From positions 248,001 through 312,000 of the forward strand of contig JBODTK010000139.1 of assembly GCA_050613775.1 (NCBI GenBank): DNA of 64,000 bases. The letters are read 5' to 3'. The position numbers were made by a program, and so were the translations under genes. Within the stretch, counting starts at the first letter, position 1. Each line of letters opens with the position of its first letter. Below the pieces are notes generated by a model. That model was not told where the DNA came from and made no database searches. It saw nothing but the letters and a program-made list of their open reading frames with translations. Source of the stretch: Neocallimastix sp. 'constans'. Its lineage: Eukaryota. Of the stretch, positions 53,358 through 64,000 are shown one piece after another.

Positions 53358-54794
53358 TGGGACAACACAGGTAATTATTAAAATTTATTATAGTAATAAT
53401 ATATTCGATTATATTTATTTATCTTTATTAAATAATTTTTTATTTTTGAAAGAGAGAGTTTTTAATTATTTTATTTTCATAATTTCTTAAATATTTAATA
53501 TTCTATCAATTTGATTTGTTAGTATTAAAAATTTTAATTTAATTGGTTTCGAATTTATATATAAAATTATTATAAATCATTAATATAAATTATTATAAAA
53601 TTTTAATATAAATTATCACCAGATTTTAATATAAAACTATTATAGAATATTAATATAAAACTATTATTAATATAAAACTATTATAAAATATTGATATAAA
53701 ACTATTATAAAATATTAATGTAAAACTATTATAAAATATTAATATAAAACTATTATAAAATATTGATATAAATTATTATAAAGTATTGTTAACAAATATT
53801 ATAATCTTTTTTGTATATAATTGAATATTTAATTATTATTCATTTTTTTTTATTGTCTCGTAACAATTTGTTGAGGTTCGGGACAGAATAATAATAAATA
53901 TAGAAATAAACACTAAAATAAAAAAAAATTAAAAATTTAAAATATATCTTTTTTTTAAAATATTTTATTTATTTATTTAATAAAAATTATTCAATTAAAA
54001 ACTAAAAATAAATTAATTTCTTTAATAAGATTAATATTTTTTTCAGATTATTTTTCTAAAATACAATTTTCTCATCTATTTATATTTTTTTTTATCGTTA
54101 GAAATGATCAAGCCATTTCTTTAGAATATCTTAGAGTTACATGTTTGAATTGTATTTAAATTATAAATTCATAATCTATTCTATTATAATAAATAATTAT
54201 TACATATTATTAAATTCTAAACTATTTATTATTAATTGTAGTGATAATATATTTTAAAAATAATTTTATTACTTTTACAGAACTATTAGTAATAGAGTAT
54301 TATTTAATTTTATACTATTTTTAAATAAAAGTATTTTAGATTATTATCTATTATTAATCTTATTATAAATAGGGTGTATTTTGGAAGGAAGTATTACTAA
54401 TTTTAATGACAAGGATCATGGATTTAAGTAAAATATTTTTAAATCATTATTAATTATATTAATTTTTATTAATAATAAATAATCTGTATTAGTAATATTT
54501 GTAAAATAAAATTTTCTTTAATAATAAAATATTGATAGAATAAATCATATTAATAAAACTAGATATTGATAATAATATTGATATTAATAATATAGTATTA
54601 ATTTTAATAATAAAGTATTGATATTAATAAAGAATTTATATTAATAATAATAAATTTAATATTAGTAATAATTTGGCAGTAATAGAACATAAGAAAGTTC
54701 CCCAAGTAAGGAAATAAATAATTTAATTTTAGTGGTTAAGTTATTTTTATGAAAAATAATAAAATTAACATTATTTGTTCATTCCTTAACAAAT

Positions 54795-55629
54795 TGTAAA
54801 GAATTAATTAAAAATATTTAATTATATTAATAATTAATTCTTTCTACAATTAATAATAAAAAATATTATTAATTGAGATAAAATTAAAAAATATAATATA
54901 AAAATTGAAAACGAAAATTTAAAAACTTAGAGTTTATTATAAGATTATAATAAACAACACTAAAAGTAGGTTAAGAGAATTTTAGAAATTATTTTATTAT
55001 AAAAATTTTTTATTTAAAAGTAATTTTAAAATATTTGTGTTAATTATTATAATTTCTTATAATAATAACTCTTGATTATTTTTAGAAGAATCAAGAGTCC
55101 TATTTATATTAATTTGATTTCTAATCTTGGAAAATTATCTCTATCTAGAAAAAGATTAGAAGAAAAAACTAGATAGATCTCGATTGGTGTTTAATTACAT
55201 CAATCTTTAGTTAATAAGAAAACCCGAATAAGGGAGAAAACTTATTAACTAATTATATATTAATTTTATTAATATTTAATCACAAGTATAATTAAATAAT
55301 TAATTCTTTTAATTATCTTAATTAAAAGTCCAAGAAATAATATAATTTAATTATTTCTTGATTAAATAAAATTATCATTTTAATACAATTTAATTTTTCT
55401 TAATTAAATAGAATTTAACATTATTTTAATACAATAATACATTATTATAATTTAATATATTAATTATTGATAATTTAATTTAATTTTAAAACAATAACAT
55501 TAATTAATAATTACTATGTGACATAATTAATAAAATTATTCATAAAATTTTATAAAATAATAAACTTTAAATATTAATTTTTTAATAAAGAATAATAATT
55601 ATTTTGAATAATAATTATAATTCTTTACA
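54795..55629 (-). repeat. Solo LTR, divergent E-like
   Basis: TGTAAAGAA...TTCTTTACA, TSD CAAAT. Confidence 0.82.
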
Positions 55630-55634
55630 CAAAT

Positions 55635-56521
55635 TGTAAGAATCTATAATTATTTGTTAGCAAATAATTATATTTTCTTAGTTAAGTTATTATAACTATA
55701 ACTTTATTTAATTACATATAATATTTATTAAATTTATTTAATTTAATTTTAAATATTCATTAATTTAACAAAATTTATTTAATTAATTTTAAATAATATA
55801 TTTACAATATGCTAAATTCTCTACTGTAACTAATGTATTTTGTATTGTATTTTATTCTGTATTTTATAATGTATTCTGTATTTTATAATGTATTCTGTAT
55901 TTTATTAACTATTTAATTTTACATTTTTAATATAAGGATAAATTATATGATCGAAATATCTTTTATTATTTTATTCTTTTATTTTCGATCATTAGATTGG
56001 AAAATCGGTTAATTAAGATTTTTTCCAATTACATTTTAGAAGTAATCGGTTTTACTTAATTAATGCGATGATTGATATGGATAGAATATCGATCGAAAAC
56101 TTATCTAGGTTTTTCTATCTAATCTTTTCCTATATAAGAGATTTGTTAAGATTAGAAAACCCTTTCTTATTTAACCTTATTTTCATAAAAAAATATAAAT
56201 AAGGCTCTTGAGTTCTCTTTGAGAAATCAAGAGTTATTATTATAAAAAACATAGTTATAATAGTAACATTTTTATATTTTTAACTTTAATAAATTAATAA
56301 AAATATTTTATTCAAAAACATATTTTTAAAATCAATTTATACAAACAATTCTTTTCTTACTTTTTATGTTATTATTATAATTAATTTTATAATAAACTCT
56401 ACTCTAAAGGTAAAAAAAAAAAAAAAAATTTATTTTATTTTATTTTCTCAACTTAATGAATTAGTCGTTAAGTTGTAGTTAATAATTCTATTTTGAGTTA
56501 GTTCTTAATAGAATTATTACA
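55635..56521 (+). repeat. Solo LTR family E
   Basis: TGTAAG...ATTACA, TSD CAAAT (55630-55634, 56522-56526). Confidence 0.88.
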
Positions 56522-57340
56522 CAAATTTGGTATGGTTCATATAATTTTAGGAATATAATAATAATTAACACAAATAATAAAATTACAATAAAAAAAAAAT
56601 AATTTGTTTTAAAATCAATATTTATTTATTTAAATTTATAAAAGAAAAATAATAATATAATTATTTATTTAATAAAAAGAAAGTTGTTGATTATATTTAA
56701 TTTCACTAAAATTACATGTATTTATATTTTTTTTATCAAATTAAAATTTGTAAAGCCTAACTATTTTTTTAATAAACTAATTACTAATTATTTTTATAAA
56801 TAAAACATTTAAATTGAAATTGAATTATTATTTTAGTTAATAATATTATTGTTATAAATAGTAGTTATATATTATTGAATTATTAATTATTTAATAATAG
56901 TTTAATACTAATATATATAAAATAAAAATAAAGAGATTATACAGAATATTTTATTGTGGTTTAGTTAAATTTAGTAATTAAAAATAAATTTAAATTGATA
57001 ACGAAAATTTTAATAACTAATTAAATAGATTTGATTATTTTCAATATAACATAATACAAAAGAAATATAATATTAATATATTAAGTGGGCAAGGACAATA
57101 TTCTTGGCTAAAGATTTTTAATACATTATAATGGAATCGGATCGATAATTCAAAAAGGAATTATAAGTTAATTAGTGATTTATTAACTTAAGATTTCTAT
57201 TTAGTAATATTTGAAGAATATTGGAAAGTTCCAATTATATAGAATAGAATAATCTATAAGGTTAGAATAATTTATATTATTCTAGCACAATTAGTATTAT
57301 TTATTCATTCTGTATTAAGATGCCCCCGCTAAGACTCAAG

Positions 57341-60300
57341 CTAGGTAGAAGCTGAGTTAAACTTGACAATATTTTTCAAATGAACATTACGATTCATTTG
57401 TATATTAGTAGCAGGATCAGCTAAAGTGACTGTATTGAATTGTTTCTTTACCACTTTCATAGGTCCAACAAAGTAAGGTTCTAATTTAGTTCGATTAAAG
57501 TTTCTTACTAGTACTAAATCACCTGGTTTTATTCTTTTAGCTTGATTCATACTGGTCTTTTCTTCTCTCCTAGTAGCCCAATACTTCGAAGCATTTTTGA
57601 TATTAGATGCGGCCTCCATTACCCATTGGTAGTGTGATACAAATTTTTCCAGTAGAATTTCGTCAGAAGACTTATTTATACCCTTAGTTGGTCTGGCAGC
57701 AATGTCAAAAGGTTGTTGGTCCTCCCTTCCATAAACTAATTCAAAACTTGAATGGTTGGTGATTGAGTTTTTAGTAGTTCTTAAAGCCCAAAGTGCAGAT
57801 GGTAAAATTTCATCCCATTCTTTGTGTTGTTGTCCTAGTAATCGTAATAATTTTCCAATTTCTTTATTACGATTCTCAACTAAACCATTGCTTTCAGGAT
57901 GATATGGAGTGATAAATTTAACATATACATCATATAAATCAAGGAAGATTTTTGTCATATCTAATGTAAATTGTGTTCCATTATCAGTAGTGATAATTTG
58001 AGGTACACCGTGTCGAGCAAATACATTAATTAAAAATTTTATCACATCCTGAGAAGTAACATTTTCAGTGGGCTCTGCCTCAACCCATTTAGTAAAATAA
58101 TCAACCACAACGATTATATATTGATTATTATTTCTGGTTTTACTTAGAGGTCCTATAATGTCCAATCCTAAGTGTGTAAATGGTCCTTCCACTTCAGTTG
58201 GTTTATCTTCCGTTGGTTCAGGGTATGGTTGAGATTTATTTAATTGACATTTTTCACATTTACCTATAATTCGCTTAATGTCATTAACCATATTGTTCCA
58301 ATAGTAGCTCTTTTTCAAACATTGGTATGTCTTGTAATAGCCTTCGTGTCCTATACTGTGTGCTTGAAAAATTAATTGAAGCTTTTCTTTTGTATTTGTG
58401 ACTAATTTTCTATAATTATTGCCATCAACAAAGTAGTCCACACCATCAATTGTCGTAAATTTTTCTTCAATAAATTCCTTAATGGTTCTTGAAAGCAGGT
58501 TTTCATTTTGTTCCTTGATAATTTGTGTTGTTAAGACAACTTTTTCTTTTTCATTTTTCATTCTTGATAAAGCATCTGCGACAACATTATTCTTTCCAGT
58601 TTCATATCGTAAATCAATTCCTAACATACTGACAGTCAAACACCATCTAGTATGACGAGAATTTTGTGGTTCCTTACTTTTAAGTAATCCGATTAATGGT
58701 CTATGATCTGTATATACTATAGTTTGCTTAGGATTTCCCATAATATAAGATTTTAATTTATTAATACAGTAAATTAGAGCAGCACCTTCTAGATCCGTAA
58801 TTCCATAATTCTTTTCCGATTTAGATAAACTTCTACTAATATAATGAACCGGATGCTCCTTTCCAGTTTCATCATCCTTTTGTAAAAGCACACCGCCTAT
58901 TCCATCATAGGAAGCATCTGTTCTTATAATAAATTCTCTATCAAATCTAGGAAATCTTAATATTGGGGCATTGATTAATCTTTCCTTAAGAATTTTAAAA
59001 CTTTCTTCTTGTTCCTTTTTCCATTCAAACTTAATACCTTTTCTTAATAGAGTGCAGAGAGGAGCAGTAACTTTTGCAAAGTCCTTAATAAAATTTCTAT
59101 AATATCCAATGGCTCCTAAAAATGATCGAAGTTCATGAATGTTAGAGGGAGCCTTCCATTCTTTAATAGCTTCAACTTTGTTTTCCAATGGACTTAAACC
59201 TTCTGAGGATACTTTATGTCCCAGTACTTCTACTTCAGTTTGCATGAAAGAACATTTTTCAATATTGATTTTTAACTTATGTTCCTTGAATATTTCTAAG
59301 ACTTGTTTAAGATGTTCTAGGTGTTCTTCTTCAGTTCTTGAGTAGATTAAAATATCATCTATAAAGTTATAGACGCATTTTCCTATTAAGGGAAATAGTA
59401 TACGGTTCATTTCTCTTTGGAATGTAGCTGGAGCACCTGTTAAACCGAAGGGCATTACCTTGAATTGGTAGTTTCCGAACTTAGTTGTAAAGGTAGTGAT
59501 TTCAACACTATCATCATCCATTAATATTTGATGATAACCGGAATAAAGATCTAATGTTGAGAAGATTTTTGCTCCATCTAAGCTATCAAAAATTTCCTCA
59601 ATATTTGGTAAAGAATAAGAATCCTTCTTAGTTGCTTCATTTACTTTCCTATAGTCAATACACAGGCGCCATTTACCGTTCTTTTTAGGCACAAGTACTA
59701 CTGGTGATGACCATTCTGAACATGAAGGTTCAATTAATCGTTTATATATGAGTTTGGTTAATTCTTCTTTTAAGATATCTGTTTTTAATTTACTAAGTCG
59801 ATAAAATTTTTGTTTAATAGGTTTAACTCCTTCCTTAAGAATAATTTTGTGTGGTGATAAATCTGAAGGTGTTAATTCTTCAGAAGAAGTTGCAATTATA
59901 TCAATATATTCTTCAAGTAATCTAGTAATAGCTTCTCTATAATTTGAATTAATTGTACTTTGAAAAACTGTGTCATATATATATTTTATGGGTGGTAATC
60001 CTTCAATCGTTTTCAATTGTTGCTTAGCTTCTTGGTGATTCAATGCTTTGATTACACATAATAATTTTTCTTCGTCATCATATTCATTATTAATAGGTGC
60101 GATTTCTTCAATTAAACCTTGATCATTAAATCGACAAAGACTATATCTAATTGGATGTATAAATAACTGGTTATCAATTTGAGTTTTGAGGTTGATTAAT
60201 ATATCATAGAATGGATCCTCCTTGTCTATAATTCTACACGTAACAAGTAGTTCTAGTTCATTAATTTTTACGGGAACTTTGATTAACACATCTTCTGAGT

Positions 60301-61159
60301 AATCATCATTCAGCGTTGCTAAACGTATTCGTCCTGCACTAACTCCTATAGGTTCATACTGATAAGGTAATTTATCTAAAAATTGCTTTGTGATAATACT
60401 TAAGTTGCTACATGAATCTATTAAAGCCTTACCACGAACTCCATCTACTATTACATCAACCATAGCAATATCATCTTCTTGTGGTTCATGATGTTTACTT
60501 TTATATGTATGATCTATATTGTTCGTTATTATTGTAGTAGCACACATATTATCCACTGCACCTGAAATTTTAGTATTATTCTTTTCTAATTTAAGTCCTT
60601 GTGATACTTGAGACCGTATCTTTGGAGCAACGTCCAATAATTGTCCAAATGTAATATTGCAATTACTGGAGTTTAAATCTTTGATCACGTCATAACTATC
60701 ACAATCAGTTTGCATTTGTATTCTTCTTGGAATTCTGGTTGGCATAATTTCAGTTGACTTTTCTGATGCTTTTTCTTGAATTAATTTATTTAAAGTTTGT
60801 TTAGAATTATTTCCTTCCTGAGAAGTTTCTTCATTAATAATATTAACAATACTATTTTTATTATTTTCCACAGAAGTACTAGTACTAGCTCTTTCCTTAT
60901 CTCTTAGCTCTTTCTCAATCCTCTTTTCTTTCTCTATTCTGGGTTGAGCCATAATCGAAGGATGTAATTGAGTTGTTGGCTTTTTGACTGGTCGCGATGT
61001 TCCCCTTAATTGATTTTCTTTTTGTTTTCGTAAACCTGGAGTAACTATTGGCTTAGGATCATCTCTTAGACTACGGTGAACCCTCTTTCCTCTTTGGTCA
61101 CTAGTCTCTTCATCTTTAGGATTTGCCTTTCTCTTTATAACGTTTACTAAGTAATCCAA
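57341..61159 (-). CDS. pol: Pol of A2
   Basis: 1272 aa, only a few substitutions relative to A1. Confidence 0.96.
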   Translation of the reverse strand: MDYLVNVIKRKANPKDEETSDQRGKRVHRSLRDDPKPIVTPGLRKQKENQLRGTSRPVKKPTTQLHPSIMAQPRIEKEKRIEKELRDKERASTSTSVENNKNSIVNIINEETSQEGNNSKQTLNKLIQEKASEKSTEIMPTRIPRRIQMQTDCDSYDVIKDLNSSNCNITFGQLLDVAPKIRSQVSQGLKLEKNNTKISGAVDNMCATTIITNNIDHTYKSKHHEPQEDDIAMVDVIVDGVRGKALIDSCSNLSIITKQFLDKLPYQYEPIGVSAGRIRLATLNDDYSEDVLIKVPVKINELELLVTCRIIDKEDPFYDILINLKTQIDNQLFIHPIRYSLCRFNDQGLIEEIAPINNEYDDEEKLLCVIKALNHQEAKQQLKTIEGLPPIKYIYDTVFQSTINSNYREAITRLLEEYIDIIATSSEELTPSDLSPHKIILKEGVKPIKQKFYRLSKLKTDILKEELTKLIYKRLIEPSCSEWSSPVVLVPKKNGKWRLCIDYRKVNEATKKDSYSLPNIEEIFDSLDGAKIFSTLDLYSGYHQILMDDDSVEITTFTTKFGNYQFKVMPFGLTGAPATFQREMNRILFPLIGKCVYNFIDDILIYSRTEEEHLEHLKQVLEIFKEHKLKINIEKCSFMQTEVEVLGHKVSSEGLSPLENKVEAIKEWKAPSNIHELRSFLGAIGYYRNFIKDFAKVTAPLCTLLRKGIKFEWKKEQEESFKILKERLINAPILRFPRFDREFIIRTDASYDGIGGVLLQKDDETGKEHPVHYISRSLSKSEKNYGITDLEGAALIYCINKLKSYIMGNPKQTIVYTDHRPLIGLLKSKEPQNSRHTRWCLTVSMLGIDLRYETGKNNVVADALSRMKNEKEKVVLTTQIIKEQNENLLSRTIKEFIEEKFTTIDGVDYFVDGNNYRKLVTNTKEKLQLIFQAHSIGHEGYYKTYQCLKKSYYWNNMVNDIKRIIGKCEKCQLNKSQPYPEPTEDKPTEVEGPFTHLGLDIIGPLSKTRNNNQYIIVVVDYFTKWVEAEPTENVTSQDVIKFLINVFARHGVPQIITTDNGTQFTLDMTKIFLDLYDVYVKFITPYHPESNGLVENRNKEIGKLLRLLGQQHKEWDEILPSALWALRTTKNSITNHSSFELVYGREDQQPFDIAARPTKGINKSSDEILLEKFVSHYQWVMEAASNIKNASKYWATRREEKTSMNQAKRIKPGDLVLVRNFNRTKLEPYFVGPMKVVKKQFNTVTLADPATNIQMNRNVHLKNIVKFNSAST

Positions 61160-61329
61160 TTCTTTGGAACCATCCGACTCATCATCAAAATCTTCGTAAT
61201 AATCCGTAGTAGTACCTTCTTGGAAATCAGCAGTTTCTTCATAATCATCATCTTCTTTTAAGTCAACTGTTTTTGGACGATGGCAGACTGAAGCAATTTT
61301 TTTAACGATGGGAGTGCTTCTACTCCCTT

Positions 61330-62247
61330 TTAGTGGTTTAAATAATTTTCATAAAACTTCTTGCGGTTATTTTCCAATATAGAATTTAATTTAGGACAGT
61401 TTCGTTTGGTATGTCCTTCATTGCTACAAAACTAGCAAGTACTAATTTTCATTTCTTTCATCTTGTTAGTGAGATTTGCTATAGATACATTTTTGTGGGT
61501 TTTTGGTTTGTTAAAATCATTTGAAATGTTCTTATTAAAATTACTTTTAGAGTTAAGGAGATTGTAACGAGTCTTATCATAATATTCAGTACTATTTTTA
61601 ATAGATAAACGATCAACTTTTTCAGCTATAGCGAACGCTTTGGTAATAGAAATATGGTCTTTACGCATAACCTTTCTCCATGCGTCAGGATTATTGGTTA
61701 AGGAATCTGCATAATCTAAAACACTAATTTTTCTTCTTCTCTTTTTATCCAATTTATGGTACAAAGATCTATAACGGACATTAAAATCTTTAACTTTCTC
61801 GTTCTTCTTTATTTTCATGGAACGTAATTCTCGTAACAAATTGGTTTGATCTTCTTTAAGTCCATAGAAAGTCTTCAGGTGATTTATTATTTCATCAAGG
61901 CTTGGGTAGGTGTTAGTAGATTCACTTTCTTCATCATCTTCTCCTTCACTATCGCTATCGAAATCAGAATCTTCATATTCAGTAAGGTCATTTCCATCTT
62001 CTAGTTCTTGGATAATTTCTCTTGGTTCTCCAGAAGCCGTTAATATACAAGCAGTAAAAATAGTTTCAGGATCCTTGATATGTTGGTATTTTATCCATGC
62101 CTTTAACTCATTTGCCCAGGAGTTGATGTCAAGGTTTTGTTTAGTAAGCTTTTCAAAATCTTTTAATTCTTTCTTTAATTCTCTGAAGCTAAGCTTACTT
62201 TCTGGAGTACTCTCTGTTGGAGTACTGGAAGTACTGGATGTTCTCAT
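61330..62247 (-). pseudogene. gag: Gag of A2 with premature stop
   Basis: TGG to TAG at 61432-61434, inside the zinc knuckle and upstream of the frameshift site. Confidence 0.9.
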
Positions 62248-62403
62248 AAAATAAAATTTATTGTATCTATAGAATGCTAAACCTCGTAATGTATAAATTG
62301 TTATAAAAAAGTAAAAATAAAAAAAAATTAAAAAAAATAAATCTTTTAACTAATAAAATTATTAATTATTTATTATTATTAATCACTTATTAAATTATAA
62401 TAA

Positions 62404-62569
62404 TCGTGCAATCTGATAGTACACACTGTCTGACGTGCAGCTTACCTCTTGAAAGGTGTCATGCCACGCGTGTGCCACGGTTACTATTTTCAATATAAAA
62501 AATAGCAGTCCAGAGCCTACTAGCCCAATTATTATGTAGGATAAACTTAACCCGGAAATCTATGCACGA
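62404..62569 (-). ncRNA. A2 copy of the conserved leader RNA
   Basis: Reverse complement of 8391-8556. Confidence 0.8.
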
Positions 62570-64000
62570 ATATTAGTTTAATTTAATATTAATTAATATT
62601 TTTAACAATTAATAATAATTAGTTAAAAATATAAAAATTGTTTTTTTTTTTAAAAAAATATTTGTTTTATTAGAAAAATTATTTATTAATATTATAATTT
62701 TATCCCCAATGTATTAATTTATTATTATATTCCCCGATATCTCCACCAATTTTTCATGGTAAGGTTCATATAGTTTTAGGAATATAATAATAATTAACAC
62801 AAATAATAAAATTACAATAAAAAAAAAAAATAATTTGTTTTAAAATCAATATTTATTTATTTAAATTTATAAAAGAAAAATAATAATATAATTATTTATT
62901 TTAATAAAAAGAAAGTTATTCATTATATTTTATTTCACTAAAAATTACATGTATTTATATTTTTTTATCAAATTAAAATTTGTAAAGCCTAACTATTTCT
63001 TAATAAACTAATTACTAATTATTTTAATAAATAAAACATTTAAATTGAAATTGAATTATTATTTTAGTTAATAATATTATTGTTATAAATATTAGTTTTA
63101 TATTATTGAATTATTAATTATTTAATAATAGTTTAATACTAATATATATAAAATAAAAATAAAGAGATTATACAGAATATTTTATTGTGGTTTAGTTAAA
63201 TTTAGTAATTAAAAATAAATTTAAATTGATAACGAAAATTTTAATAACTAATTAAATAGATTTGATTATTTTCAATATAACATAATACAAAAGAAATATA
63301 ATATTAATATATTAAGTGGGCAAGGACAATATTCTTGGCTAAAGATTTTTAATACATTATAATGGAATCGGATCGATAATTCAAAAAGGAATTATAAGTT
63401 AATTAGTGATTTATTAACTTAAGATTTCTATTTAGTAATATTTGAAGAATATTGGAAAGTTCCAATTATATAGAATAGAATAATCTATAAGGTTAGAATA
63501 ATTTATATTATTCTAGCACAATTAGTATTATTTGTTCATTCTGTATTAAATTTGATACGATATATTTTAAATATTCGTATTTACAATAGTTTTGGGCGCT
63601 ACACTGGGGAATTGTATTAAATTATATATTCTAATAATAATATTAATTATTTTATTTAATTATTTAAAATTTTTATTTTAGGATATTTGTTTTGTAATAT
63701 TTTATTTTTATTTTATTTTATTTTATTTTATTTTATTTTATTTTATTTTATTTTTATCATATTAATTAACTATTAATAATTATAATTTAATTATAATATT
63801 CTACAATTAATTACTTAAACAACTAATTTTATTAAAACTAATAACTAAACTACTATCTTAACTAATTAAAACATTTTTCTTATATTAAATCAACTATTAC
63901 TAATTAACATATATCAATAATTTTTTTAACAAAAACATTTTTTTTTTTTTATAATATTTTTATATATTTTTTTTTTTATAATTATTATCTCTATATTAAA

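Larger units (their letters stand above)
56528..63548 (-). mobile_element. Gypsy family A, copy A2
   Basis: LTRs 56528-57317 and 62757-63548, TSD AATT (56524-56527, 63549-63552), PBS 62731-62748. Confidence 0.97.

Noticed and set aside
53358..54791. Additional LTR-like pieces; also 63553-64000 with PBS-like TGGGCGCTACACTGGGGA
   Set aside because: Termini look LTR-like, but no partner copy, TSD or assignable tRNA is visible in the window.

Overview
Extremely AT-rich eukaryotic DNA. Composition and gene families suggest an anaerobic gut fungus (Neocallimastigomycota); this is inferred. The window is dominated by LTR retroelements: a degenerate Ty1/copia, two inverted copies of Ty3/gypsy family A, a related gypsy family B, a chromovirus F, a gag-only element D, a non-coding element C and many solo LTRs. 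A small host island at about 27-34 kb holds a secreted Cys-rich gene, ricin-like pseudogenes and a decayed MULE. The main observation is that F-type chromovirus LTRs carry a tRNA-like module (Pol III A and B boxes at tRNA spacing) about 35 nt from their 5' end. The two retroelement clusters (6.6-26.5 kb and 42.3-52.5 kb) resolve, by target-site-duplication (TSD) bookkeeping, into stacks of insertions from several families that landed 16-22 nt upstream of that A-box position and re-duplicated the same few bases. This suggests a mobile tRNA-gene mimic acting as a landing pad for Pol III-targeting retrotransposons. The gypsy leaders also contain a roughly 165-nt RNA with multiple compensatory changes, four-hairpin arrays and a conserved -1 frameshift pseudoknot. 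All alignments and folds were done by eye, and family letters are my own labels.
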